A stretch of DNA of 63,947 nucleotides, filler included, from Phoronis australis (taxonomy: Eukaryota > Animalia > Phoronida): NCBI GenBank assembly GCA_002633005.1. It is 8 parts of 8 records of this genome, joined end to end, with 100 filler letters (N's around TTAATTAATTAA, not from the genome) between each part and the next. Parts side by side here need not be neighbours in the genome. Positions count along the whole stretch, not along the records: positions 46,870 to 54,660 come from NMRA01001473.1; positions 54,761 to 56,954 come from NMRA01003801.1; positions 57,055 to 58,796 come from NMRA01002178.1; positions 58,897 to 62,710 come from NMRA01001923.1; positions 62,811 to 63,947 come from NMRA01002087.1; 3 more parts are not named here. One strand, 5' to 3'. Below, one piece after another: positions 49,473 through 62,900 of the stretch (positions are counted from its first letter, which is position 1; each line of letters starts with the position of its first letter). Below the pieces are notes generated by a model that had not been told where the DNA came from, searched no databases, and saw only the letters and a program-made list of their open reading frames with translations. The translations under genes were made by a program, and so were the position numbers.

Positions 49473-50197
49473 CTGAAACAAGAAACACTGACCGTGTTAC
49501 AGGAAGTTGGAAGAAACTTAATTAACAATGAACGTATGCCTGAGGGCAATGACCAATGAAAATGTGTCGTAGCATCTACATAATGCAAAGCACTGTATTA
49601 AGAAATTGTAGTGAATTACATAATGCAAATGAAAAGTCGATGCATCTTATGGCAGCGAACACTGTGCTGGTAGCTTTAATACATCACAGATCACACAATT
49701 TACTTGTTGGCTAACATCCTTACTTCACACACTTGTTGTCTCTCAACAATTCTTCAGTTATTTCAAACAAATTTAAAAATTGACAGTTTTCCTATTATTC
49801 AAAGTCTGACAACCTTTGTTTAGAAAGAATCAAAAATTTTTACATGTGTTCTATGTGTATAACTTACATCTATACTGATCTGTGATACCATGGTAACGGA
49901 AATTTCAAACAAAAATTTCACTGGCTCATTTTGTTAGAAATTTTACAGCATTATATTACACTTGTTTGCAACATTATAGTAACCCCACTGTAGTGTGAAG
50001 AGCATTGAGAAGTCTGGCAGATTCAGCGGGGATATATCTCTTATCTTTGGAACTCCATTCTCCACCCTCACCAAACTTACCCAAGCTGAGCCAACAGCAA
50101 TCAAAACTTGCCTGCATGATGCCCAAATGATCAACAGGTTTGCAGTGTTTCTATGCTATATTATTGAGTAAAAAGAACTAAAATTAGATTCCGCTAC

Positions 50198-50271
50198 CTG
50201 AAGATTTCGTGTGGTTCCAAGTATGTGTTGATCTGAAGTCTCTTTATGGCTTTCATGACAAGGCCGGTATC
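50198..50271 (-). CDS. CD36/SCARB exon (too short for the ORF track)
   Basis: DTGLVMKAIKRLQINTYLEPHEIF(S) matches the TG...A.KRLQIN motif; acceptor tttcag, donor gtagcg; phase 0 to 2. Confidence 0.9.
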
Positions 50272-51379
50272 CTGAAAGAATTGTGACTGTTGTTAATCAC
50301 TGCTATTGCACTCATAAAAGAAAGACAACCACGTGTGTGTTATATCAAGAGTTCTATCAAATGAGTTTGCGCTAGGTATACACAAATAAATTATCTTGTT
50401 TAGCAGGATTTTTAACACCATTTAATATTACATTAACTGCAGCACATAACAAGTACGGCCGTAATTCTTCACTTATTTAGAACACGATCTGGTCAAAAAG
50501 AAGAATTGTATTTTTTCAAAATTTCTCCACAAAATTAAAGAATATTAAGAACATTTCAGTCTATTACAAGCGTTGGTTTTACTGTGTAGATGTCATAAAA
50601 CAACATTTGCTAAAGTTTCCATTATCCGCAAAAAAAGTTAATCAAACAATGAAAATTGGAAAAATGACCGTTTTGGCAATTACTCTTGACTGTGTGAAAT
50701 AAGTGAAGAATTACCGTTGCTAAAATGAATATTAAGCAAAACAAGTCTTTTAGACTATTGCTAACTCTTAAAAAGTTTGGATCAAATTTAAAAACACTAC
50801 AAAATTTGCTAAATCGATAATATAAATGGTGACCAATTTCCCAATGGGGGGAAGGCGATGCAATTTGTGCTGAAGGTGCCTTTTTGGTCATGTTCCCTCC
50901 CCCGATAATTACTTCTTGACGGATTTTGTCCTACATTACACCATAGACTATGTTACATGGACCGCCAACTCCATAATAATATTTTCAATGGATGAAATCT
51001 ATGATCTTACGCAAAAGCCCTGACGTCATTATTCATTAGCGACACCAGGCAAAATTAGCAAGTTTTACTTCCAGCAAGTACATTGTCTGCTAATCATGGT
51101 TGGCTGTTTGTGGTCGGGTGCCAAAAGTACTCACAATACCAACAATGCTACTATTGGAAGACTCTGAACAGCGTTTCAGTGCCGAAATTATTGTTTTTTG
51201 TTGTACTGAGATGTGATAATTTCCCGTCGCAATACACTAACCAGAAACTGAAAATTGGTAATTTAGGAGAGTGGCGCCTCCTCTAGGATACTACGCAAGA
51301 AAATGTCAGAGTGGCAAATCTGTTCTCTATATAATCTATTATTACACATAGTGAAGTAATGGCAGTTAACTGTACACAC

Positions 51380-51510
51380 TGGTTGAATGTCTATCTCTGT
51401 GCGATGTTCAGTTGCATTCGGATGCAAGCCATCAACTGCATCTACAAGACTCTGGTTGCCTTGATAGAAATGCGGCTGGGAGATATACACAGGCAGTGGG
51501 AATCCATCCT
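51380..51510 (-). CDS. CD36/SCARB exon
   Basis: EDGFPLPVYISQPHFYQGNQSLVDAVDGLHPNATEHRTEIDIQP (SxPHFY...GLxP...H.T..D.EP); phase 1 to 0. Confidence 0.93.
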
Positions 51511-53150
51511 CTGCAAATGATAAATGTATATGAGAAGCTATGTACATGTATAAACTACTTGATACATTAACTAAAACTATCTACTAACAAAAGTTTGATG
51601 AGCTTCAAAATAAATTACCATGCAATTGGTGATGTTCAGCCTAACAGCAAGTCACATTTAGCAACCAGGCAAAGAAATCCCAGGTCACAAAACGAAGCCT
51701 GAGGTCGCCAAAAACTGTAAATGCCATGTCACCGAATTAAATCCAAGGTTGTCAGTTTGACGTAAAATTCGTCAGACTAAAAAAGGTGCCCGCAGTACCT
51801 TACGAGCACCCAATTTTTGACAAACAATTCCGATTTGCATCTGTTTACTTCCTGTTCTAATTTAAGCGCATGCTTGGAACCAAAGGTATTAATTCTAGGA
51901 AAACTGTCATTTAAAGTTCGCAAGTCAACAAAAACTTTGAAATGAATTTCAGGGAATTATTGTCTGACTTCGATACTTGCAGTGAGTTTGGTTTGAAGAA
52001 AAAACAAATTGCCAGTTCTTGCTGAATCTAGAAATCACTTCAAAACCAGGCGAGAAACAAAGTAAGGCCATTCTGGTAAGTGGCTATCAAAAACTGTTTT
52101 TTTACAGAGAGCACCGGTTTAACCGGCCACTTCAACATTATACAAATCTTGCTTTTTCCTGATTTTAGCCACAATTTTATGTAACGCTATGTTAAGTTCA
52201 AGTTACTTTCGAGGAAATAAGCTATAACCAATTCGGTGAGTTCTCAAATATTCACTTCACCATAAAAACTGTCAGAGTTAATTTCATGGCAGTTATAACT
52301 TTCATCAAAGATTTAAGAACCACATGCCTTCCTTACGACCACCAACTTCCATTGAATGCAAGTACAATGTTTTTGCTGGGTTTTGTCGCGGAATGCAATG
52401 TGTTTTTGCTTCATTCAGTTTAGCCATCGTATTTCATAACTTACTGTTGTTGTTTCTCACCACTTTCTTCGAGCAGAATATGAATAATACTCCCTGTTCC
52501 TATAACTGTTTGTTCGTCAGCATAGTGCATCCTTTGTTTGTTCGTCTTATTTGGATTGCTTAATTCGTTCTCTAGTCTCTAATATATTTATCACTTTCAC
52601 TTATATTTCATGTAGTAGCTTCAGCATGAGTTGATTAGTATTTGTTTCTCCGCATTGAGAGTTGTTCTCCTCAGACATGTAACTTTTGCAGTCTTCAATA
52701 TACTAGTCAAGATTCATTTCTTGTTCTGTTCCAACAAACCACCTCGTACACAGTCGAACCTCATTTTTCCATGTACCCCACAGGTTTTGACCTCCCGCTA
52801 CTTGGATAGAATGATTAACAACATTTTGGTTCCTGCACGCTTTCAATATAATTTCCTTGATTACGTGTAGAAAAGCAAGGCTGCAGTGACTTAAAAAAAT
52901 CAGTAAGTATTAGGAGCTTTCCTCAGGTCGAGAACTGCTCGGAAGACTGATGGGATCAATTACGGTCCCCAAACTTTTAATTAGCCAGTAAGTGTGTATA
53001 ACCACACAGCAAACAATTCACCAAAGGAATGGCAGGGATAAAAAATTGTGGTATGACTAAAAAAACTACCAGCATTTACTAAGTAAATGAAAACACTGGA
53101 ATCATGACAATTTAGAAACAAACAAATGAATGTAATAAAAACGCACTAAC

Positions 53151-53332
53151 CAAATTGGCACACAGAAATGTCCAGTAGACCAGATGGGATGCAGTGACCC
53201 TTTGGCACACAGAAGCCCATGTTGGAGGGGTTGGTATAACCACTGGCAAAAACTTCTGGTGTGCCCGAGAATCTCCACAGCGTGATTCCCTGGGGTGACG
53301 TGACATGGCCCGAGTAAACACCGGGAACTGAC
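53151..53332 (-). CDS. CD36/SCARB (LIMP-2-like) exon
   Basis: RSVPGVYSGHVTSPQGITLWRFSGTPEVFASGYTNPSNMGFCVPKGHCIPSGLLDISVCQF (NPxNxGFC...CxxSGLLxxSxC); phase 2 to 1. 5' exons not seen. Confidence 0.93.
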
Positions 53333-54553
53333 CTACACAATGGAGTGTTTAGATCAGTTTAGTCTTTAGTTATAACTTTAATGTAAAGAAATGTAATCTT
53401 ACACAAAGTCTGGGTAATATCTTAGTGAATTTTCAGTTGATGTCGAACAAATATTCACAGAATGTTAATATAAAGTACAGCGGCACATTATCCATCCACT
53501 GTACATGTACACACACCTCAATGCACAGAGATGCAAAAATTGGTCATTTTTTACCAAGTATCACCAGAGATTACTGTAAACAACTAGCTGTCACCATCCA
53601 AATAACTATATGTCCAACATATACAAATTAGAAAAAATTCTGAAAATAAGTACATAGTGCAAATTTTGGGAAAACGAAGCTCACCAAAAACTGCAATCCC
53701 TCCACAAGCAGATAAAATCAGCTAGTTTATAACCCATTAATACCATCATGATGATAGTAAAGGAATGAGGAACCAGAATGTGCCAAGAATTTTCATTTAC
53801 ATATTAAGGATCATAAGTGCCTAGTATCCACATGTATTTATGACAGTGCAATTTATTCTGGAATACTTTGATCCTGAAAATCTGCAAAACAGTCCGGAAA
53901 TAATATTCAGAAGCAAGACCAAGTTTCCCTTTTTTAAAAACAGAAAATTAATTAAACAATATTCAAAATTGCATGGATGTCACAAAACATTATAGTCAAT
54001 GTTATTCTAGAATGTCTTGTTTTATAGAAAAAAAGCATAGTAACCCTGAGTTTTGGCAGAAAACCATTCACCTAGTAAATAGAGTAAAAAATAAAATTAA
54101 CAAATCAACAAATTAAAATTAATATGCTTAACATGCAAAACTAGATGCGAGCAGGCAAATTTTCTCAATTTACATTCACTTGAGGGACATACCCCGCTTT
54201 CGCCGAAAACCCACTTCTTTAACATTAGGGTCTTAAGGGGTGCAAGTGCTTGACTACAAAATGGCTTAATTGAACACACATGATTTATGACTGTCATCAA
54301 ATTTGATTTTAGCGTCACTGCCTGATCAGCAGGCTTTTGTATTTAGTTATTCAACTGATACGTTGGTAGCACCTCGGGTGGACTGGTATAGATTGGGGCA
54401 CAAGGTTTTCTCCTACACCTACTGTATATGCGGGCAAAGCTATACAAGAGCAACGCAGAGCGTTGAAATGCGCCCACAATTGCACCGCATACAGTATCCT
54501 TCTAGGGTTGTTTATTGGTACCATAAAGTGGCCAGTAGAGGGCATATATGTAG

Positions 54554-54660
54554 TACCGTAATCGTTCGGGTTAACGCCCATGCTCAGTTAACCGCCCACC
54601 CCCTACTTTAGGTGAATTTCGATTTAACCGCCCACTGCTCGGTTAACCGCCCCCCTGCTA
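54554..54660. mobile_element. Tc1/pogo-type element end
   Basis: TACCGTAATCGTTCGGGTTAACGCCC with TTAACCGCCC repeats; related to 38772; truncated by the gap. Confidence 0.55.
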
Positions 54661-55506
54661 NNNNNNNNNNNNNNNNNNNNNNNNNNNNNNNNNNNNNNNN
54701 NNNNTTAATTAATTAANNNNNNNNNNNNNNNNNNNNNNNNNNNNNNNNNNNNNNNNNNNNCCCCCAACCCCCCTATGGTACGCCGCTCATGATACAACAA
54801 ATAAAAACCCATCGCAGCGTTTTGACCAATTTTTATCGTATGTTTTAAGCGAGAGAAGGATTCGCCACCAACTTTTCACGATTAATTCATTTCAGAATCG
54901 AAACACGTTAAAAATCTACAAGTCTCTGTCCTTGACATTTCAATTTTGATCAGCTCATGTTTTATTACCGTGAAGACATGTTCACTAATGCGATAATTGC
55001 AATACACATAGGGGTTTCGTGATATCAAGGGAGCACGGCGACACCATTTTCCCCGATTGATATAGAGAAAACTTGTCCGACTACAATAAACCACTGAACG
55101 GCAGCGTTTCCTCAGGATTACATTAAAAAGTGACGTCACCTGCACGAATAACGATTGTGACCAATATCAAGTGGACAGGACCCGCACAACTTCGACGACC
55201 TACCAAAGAAGGGGTCTATCGCCGCTCAGGTCAGGTTAACAGTGATGTCACTCAAAAATCTATCTCTGTTCTACAAAGACCGCCGCACTTGGTCGAAAAT
55301 GTTAAAAGCGGTGCTTAAGTACACTCGAATTTTAACAAGTGAACGTATCTGGATGAGTTTCCCAACAGTTGGATGAAACTATGGCGATTTTAGAACACAT
55401 ACCGAAAAGGCATTTTTATTAATCATTTGCTTAAATGTTTTGCAGCTAGTAAATGCCTCTTCGACATCTTTAAATAAACTAGTTCCAGGAAAAGGGAAGT
55501 AATTAC

Positions 55507-56068
55507 CTTGACAAGTCTGTTTTGCTATTTTGTCCTCGACTTTCGACAAATCCTTAAAATTTGTCACTGCAGTCGCCCATTCGCTAGCCGGCTTATTGAC
55601 CACTTTGTCAAGCTCATTGAGAACCAAAGACAATCCAATCCCAATACCCATGATGTGGGCCACATTGATCTTCCGTGCAGTGTCTGCTTCAAGTACGGTT
55701 TCATCGCTTCTATCAGACACCCATCAGTAACCAATATGGCAATATTTCGAGCGTCGACTCTGTCACCATGTTTTAGCTTGAACGCTTCCTCTCGCATAAG
55801 TTTCAACCTCCTACGTAAGCAGTGTTTCTGACGGCCAAAATCAAGTCCTCCTTTCTGGTGAATTTGTTCAAGTGAAACTGTATGTGTGCATCGTCATTAA
55901 ACACTATTAAGCCGACTTGAAAGTCATGTTTCCCAATCGTAAATGTCTTGATGATATCAACAATAAAGGCCTTGCATAACTGGAAGTGTTCTTCCTCAAC
56001 GCTAAAAGAGCTATCAAGCAGAAATACGACGTCGGCCTTGGCAATGCAGTTCTTAGGGAGTGATTCCG
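55507..56068 (-). pseudogene. vWA-domain exon (collagen VI/matrilin-like) with two frameshifts
   Basis: ADVVFLLDSSFSV (DxSxS)...YVGG / LKLMREEAF..HGDR..ARNIAILVTDG / SDR..TVLEA..IGIG..ELDKV..F.DL; phase-1 splice sites on both ends. Confidence 0.85.
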
Positions 56069-56764
56069 CTGGGGTAGAAAACATTGGCAAGATTTATTTT
56101 TAGGGTATCAAGGTATATCTAGTTGATGACGGAACTCCTTGTACGTTGTGATGCGTCCGTGTGACCAAGTAATGTATTTTTAGTAAAATTTAATTAAGAA
56201 GAAAGGTACATTCATAGCAAAGCAACTCTAACAATATTGAAAACTCAAAAACTATGTTACAGTTTTTTTAAAAATGTCATTTAGTATTCGTTTCATGCAA
56301 CTTTTTTTCATGTAAACCATAGAAGTCCTATTTTGATGGCCTCTCATGCAAACTTAGGTAAAACATTTTAAAAAGTCCTATTGCAGGAAAGTGCATAAAA
56401 CGTACCAGTTGGATGTTTTATGATTCAGATCATCCATTTAGGAGATACAGTGTATGATGTCCCGAATATAGCCAAATTTGGACATTTCTTACATAACATT
56501 AAATGAACGTTTAACAAGCCCTAAACGCGAATCTGAAAGGTGTGCAAGGCGGTCCGGACAACCTCCTCGGTCACTTTTTCACTACTATAAGGTACCCCCT
56601 ATGTCTATTCATTGCCATATCCCGTCGGGTCATGATCCTGGCTCCGCGCCTGAATCTGGCTCTTATTTAAGAGCAATCGTTCGTTATGATGCCTAACTTA
56701 GAATAGTTAATACATAGATGCGTGTGTTGTCCAGAAGTGAAATATATGAAATAAGCACAGGAAA

Positions 56765-56954
56765 ATCAGGAACCCTAACATGGAGTCGAACCACAGGTCG
56801 CTAGACTACTGGTCTAGTGCCCTTACCACTGAGCTACAGACGACTCGGTATCTGTGCAATTACTGTTTGCAGCCAACGGTTATGTCATCCACGCCATGAG
56901 TAGCATTTCACATACTGGTAAAGTTACTCGAGGTCTGGGTTCGAGTCCCACCAG
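56765..56954. mobile_element. tRNA-derived SINE fragments
   Basis: Minus strand TGTAGCTCAGTGGTAAG...GGTTCGACTCC (56782-56838); plus strand GGGTTCGAGTCCCACCAG next to the gap. Confidence 0.5.
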
Positions 56955-59900
56955 NNNNNNNNNNNNNNNNNNNNNNNNNNNNNNNNNNNNNNNNNNNNTT
57001 AATTAATTAANNNNNNNNNNNNNNNNNNNNNNNNNNNNNNNNNNNNNNNNNNNNCTTGCCCCCCCCCCCTTAAATCCGCCACTGCAACCGTTGCCACTAT
57101 GGGATACTCTGAGCACTTCTGCAAGCTTAATGGGTTAAAAGACAGCTATCCAAGAATACCTACGAACGGGTTTGACGTTTATGGAATTAACCATTACAAA
57201 AGGGGTTGTACTTTTGGAACAAAACTATTCGAAATAGCTTCATTCTTGTAGAACCCCCAACATTGCGCCGAGAAATCTAAAAAGCAGGCTTAGTCTATTG
57301 TCACGAACTCAAGAGTGGCGTGTAATTTGGATACCGGAGTTTTCTGCATAAAGGGCCATCTTTAGATAAGCCTAGTGGGCGCACACAAGGATTTTTCCGC
57401 ATTTACGCCCAGCGAGTGTTTGTGTGTTTTTAAGAGGGGGAAATGCATGGTTAGATCCCAAAACTTTCCCCAGTTTCATTGGAAATGGTCACCAAAACCG
57501 TAACTGAAGTAAATCTTAAGTAATGAACTCCTACCTGTCACTGGGGACAATTATACATCGGCAACATTCTTTGTTCCTATCATAGTGGGCAAAATGTCCC
57601 AGGATTTTTTCTTGATACATCCGAGCGTACATTAGTCACTTCCACTGAAATATACGTCCGGGCGTTCATTTGTGTTTGACTTTTAGTCCCTAAACCCACT
57701 ACTAAACCGGTTTGTCCGATTATGAATATTGGGCTCTGGACCTTTATGCAGAGAAGAGTCTGTAGATTTTGGCTGGTTCACTCGTTGTGCATTTGTATAT
57801 GAATATGCAGCATTTCCTGTCTAAATCAATAATTGCATGTTTCACGTCTTATTGCTTTCCGAATTCTTACACCACGGAGGGGCTGAGAGGGTAGGCCTAC
57901 ATGTAGGTGGGTGTGGGGTGACTCTAAAAATCTTCGCTGCGGGTATCACCCACAGTAGTACGCTACTGGAGTTGTTCCAATCTCGGCAAAACATTTTGAG
58001 ATACATATTGGGGCGTTTAAACGTTGACCCCAACTTGTTCGACCGCATAGCAGACAATAGGCTGACCGGCGTAGCAAGTATCTTACAAGACTGAGTAACT
58101 CCTTGGTGGAACAGGTCGTGATATCAATAAAATGATTGTTGACAGTAGGCATTGTTGTTACTCGAAAACCTGTTTGCCAATTTTTAAAGTATATGCTTGG
58201 CTTCTGTAACTCTTGTTGTCACTTGATACATGTACGTGACAAAAACTTGGAGTCGCATGTTATCCGGCAGCCGTTCTGAACCGTTTGTCTGAACGCAGGG
58301 AGAATGCTTTTATGATGTCGGAGTGTTCTGGGGCGTTGTGGTGATTGTGGGGATGTTGTATAGAGTTTTAGAGTGATGTGATAAATGTGGGGGTGTTATA
58401 AATAAAGTTTGTTGAATGTCGTGAGGCTTGTAGGATGTTAATTGTTGTGTTTTTGGAGTGTTGTGGCACTTTACGCTACCATAGATGTTATCTAAGTCAA
58501 AATCATGTGCTTAAGAAGATGTTGCGACCGCTAATGTCAAACCAAGTGGTAGGTTGAACCTAGTAATTTAGTACCAAAACTTAAAGTCACGAAAAACAAC
58601 CTCACTAGGGCAAGATTACGACCAAGGCAGTGGCCAGATATGTATAAACGTTATTTATGAATGCTCATACCATATAAATAAATCTCAGTCTTGGTCCTGT
58701 CGTCCTCGTGAACAGCGAGGACACATGGGCGCACCCAGGGGGGCCCTCGAACGAGCCTCCCAATTTGGCGAATTGGACAAAAAGGTCCGCCTCAGTNNNN
58801 NNNNNNNNNNNNNNNNNNNNNNNNNNNNNNNNNNNNNNNNTTAATTAATTAANNNNNNNNNNNNNNNNNNNNNNNNNNNNNNNNNNNNNNNNNNNNTTTT
58901 TAAATGGCTACCAGGTGGCACAGAAAACATCACATCTGTCAATCAAAAGGCGCTGTCCTCTCTTTAATAGAAACTTATTTGTTGTATTTCATGATAAAAC
59001 ATTTGTGAACTCCAAAGATACATTGGCAAACGTAAAAAAAAAACGTTTTGCCACTTGAGGGTTTAGTGATATTCTGATCAGTTCGACACTCTATACCGTT
59101 TGTCGTCATTTCCATAGGAACTCATCTTTGAAATTTTACAAACATTTTCAATGGGTTAGAAGGGAATCGTATTTGATTTTGAACAAATTTTTCATAGTTT
59201 TCTATGAGTTGTTGATTAATATCACTGTTCATTTAAAAGCAAAAAGTAAACTTATTTTTTAACGTGACTCAAAAAATGTCTCAAATGGTTCCATATTCAC
59301 CCGCTTGGAGCGATGCATCTCGTGACGTAATTGGTGGGGCAAAGTCAGTGTCCTATTTTAGCAGTCAAGTGGTGTTATTCATAATCGAAATAAGAAATTC
59401 TAGTTTGAAATGCCTGATCGCCAGCGATACTTGTTTGAGCCCGAAACAACACAAAGTGATACCCAGTCGTCGTCATCGTCAGACAAAAATATGCCGGTGC
59501 AACCCGCCTGTATCAAAAATTTACACTGTCACTGACACTGGCGCGACTGTGGGCAATGCGGACTCTAGCCAGCCAATACTTAGCTTTGTAAACTATTTAA
59601 GGGTTGGTTAGTTACCTACTAAGTGTATGAAGACTATCGTAAAAATACAACAGGTACCACAGTGTGTTTGAGCTTCGGTTAGACCCCGAAATTTCACGCA
59701 GCCAGTGGACTGACTTTTTGAAGATCTCGAACAACCACTTGCCATACAAAAAGGTATGACGAACCTTTTACAACACTACGACAAAAAGTACAAAAAAACA
59801 AGAAAGGCTGATACAGTGTTAAAATACGATGTAAACTCTCAATGTCCCAATCTGTAATAAGCAATCGATGCATCACCAATTACGTCATTGACATATCAGC

Positions 59901-62900
59901 TAATCAGCGATCGCCGTCAGGATTTCAGCGTCTTGACATTAAATATGAACCAGTTTTTGCTTGGCGCGCAATTTGGACAAATGGGAGTTTATTTGTGTGT
60001 TAGAACCGGTTAACTGCTGCAATATTTGTACTACAGTCATCTTTAAGGAGATATAGCCGAAGACGTAAACATATAAAATCGCCACTATGGAGCGACACAG
60101 TAGTCAAACTCGTCCAAAAAGCAGCGTCAGTCGTGGCCTTCTCATCAGGAAGTCCTGGAAATTTTCATAATGATCCTTTGAGCGGTTCGGCAGATAGAAA
60201 GGTGGACACTAGGAAACGGAAGCAAAAATATCAAAAATGGCCACAAGGTGGCGTAAAATACGCTGTCCAAAAATGTAATGGCATCGGTGTCTTCTTAATA
60301 AAAATCTTTTTGCTGAATTTCATGGAAATCCATGAAAAACGTCAAAGATACAGAAATAGGGTAAGATTTTATAGTATCTTTGATAGGGTGCACAGCGGAT
60401 CGGTCTGAAACTAGTCATCATCTGTCGCCAGCTTCATAGAAACATGCCTGTCGAATTTCAATGTGATCCTGGTGGGGTCAGGAGATACAGCGGTGGACGC
60501 CGGACGCGCGGATGCCCAGGCGGAGATGACCACAATATTCACCCAAAATGTATGCGTATAAAATGTTTTTGGGAATTCATGTACAATTGTTCATCTTCGT
60601 GCTGGTCTGCATTAGTTAGTCACATATAGGGATTTTTTACTACGTTGCTGTTAACTAAATAACCCAACACTTTGCCAAGAGACAATGTTTTATTGTAGAA
60701 GATCTACGAAACAACATTGAATTTCAAACAGCTTGCCGTTTTTTCTCAATTCATTGTTTCCCTGGAAATCAAAAATATGCAATAAATACACACAACTGTC
60801 GTTTGCACAACACAAAATGATTTAGAAGTAGCAGCAATTATAAATACCGTAACAAAAAGTATAGGCAACACTTTCCAAAGACAAACAATATAAAGGCAAC
60901 TAGTCTGTGGCAATACTTTATCGACTCTTATAAAAGAAAATCATTAGCATTGCTACCAAAATGTGAAAGAGAAGTTGACATGTAAACTATCTTATCTGGA
61001 TACACAACGGATTAATCTTTTACATATTACTGAATGCGCTTATCACCGGCCATAAGTATGCCTATTGAGAAGAAGAAGCTAGCAAGCATTTCCATTAAGA
61101 TTTCTTTGTGTCTTAAAAATGAATGTGCTCCCACAAGTCAACTGACCTCTCCTCGTGTTCGACGTTCATATCATCATCTTCTAAAGAAATGATCTGTGAA
61201 TCCACGTCTGCCTCTGCACTCCGACCAACTGGGTTACCACTGACATTACCCGCTCCAGCAGTCAGGGAGTTAACACCACTTCAAAAAGAAACACTCTTCA
61301 ATGATCAAACAGTTTTAATTGACAATTCAGTCACTCACATACAGCTGTAGGGGCAGTTTTAACAGTACACAGGCCCTCTAGCGCAGCGGTGCGGTACTGG
61401 TGATATAAATTTCTGACTACCGGTGACACCAACATGTAGAATACCGTATGTTTAGGCATTTGATGGCTGAATAAACATTCATAATCATAGACAACAGATT
61501 AGCAACTGCGTTATTTCCTTATGAAATTCCCAAGGTGTTGCCACTCAGTACTCCGTGTGCTTCTCTCGGACGGGAAATTCTGTTATTTTATTATACTATC
61601 TAGCATTACGAATTATAAACTAATTCGGAATTCGAAAGCAACGAGAGAGAGATCCTCACAAAGTAGAGCGGTGTGAATGGCTCAAAATCAGCCAAGAAAC
61701 AAAACAGAAGAAAACTGACATTCGCTATTCTGCTATTTTGGTTTAATTGTAAAAATAGTACGGTAATGCGAAGGTATTTTCAAATTTTGAATTGGAAGTG
61801 ATCGTCAAACACATGTATGAAGATAAGATATTCATCCAGTATCCATCTCAACTTTGGCCAATGAAGAAAATCTTCTCTATTCAGTCCGTGTCAATGGTGC
61901 GCAACTGCAGCTACAAACTTGATGGAGATTTTCAAGGATACATGTCAACATTATGAAGGTTCACTACTCCAAAGTTCCACTACTTCCACTTCGAAAATTC
62001 ACTACTTGATTTTAGCAAACTTTGGGGCGCTGAATTCAAAAAATGTATGCCGGGCTGGAATGTGCAGGCATAACCCTCAAATTTAAGATGGCTAACAACG
62101 GGCATATTTTAAAAATTGGCAAGACCCAAAAATGCCTCTTAAATTATAGGTTTTCAGGTATGATAAAATCGATTCTGATCCTATTTTTGTGATTGGAATT
62201 CAAGGTCAACTTCTGTACTTACGCAGTGTAAGACAATGAGAGGAGCAGCGACACTAGTCATCGATGGGTAAGCCCTTGTTAGATCTATGGGGAATCTGAA
62301 TGAAGCCGTGACATTTGGAGACTATGTAAAGTCGATTTTGAAGACCATCCTGGGTATGGGAGTGGGTTACTAACGAATATATATAGCACTTGATCAATAT
62401 CGGCAACACTCAATTAAAGATGGAACACGTATCAAGTGAATGACATGTCTGTCCCGTTTCCAGATGGCTGACAGAGTTTCATCGAGATGGCAGAAAACAA
62501 ACAAGGCCTGCAAGAAGTCTTGTCTCAACAGCTAGTGCTAGAGTGCGCCCCTGGAAAAACGATGACTGTGAGTGGGGGATGTCGCGATTAAAGGAAAGTG
62601 TTGTCATCTGATCCACAATTCGACATTTTGGCATTACAGGCAAACCACGACAAAGCTGCTCCACTCATTGTCTTTTACTGCGTAAATGTAGAAGCTGACG
62701 CCGTAGTCGTNNNNNNNNNNNNNNNNNNNNNNNNNNNNNNNNNNNNNNNNNNNNTTAATTAATTAANNNNNNNNNNNNNNNNNNNNNNNNNNNNNNNNNN
62801 NNNNNNNNNNTCATTATTTATGCTACCCTGGCACAGTGGGGTATGACGTCATCAGCGGGTGAAACGACAAAACCTTTTTTAAAAATCTCTTTTAACTAAG

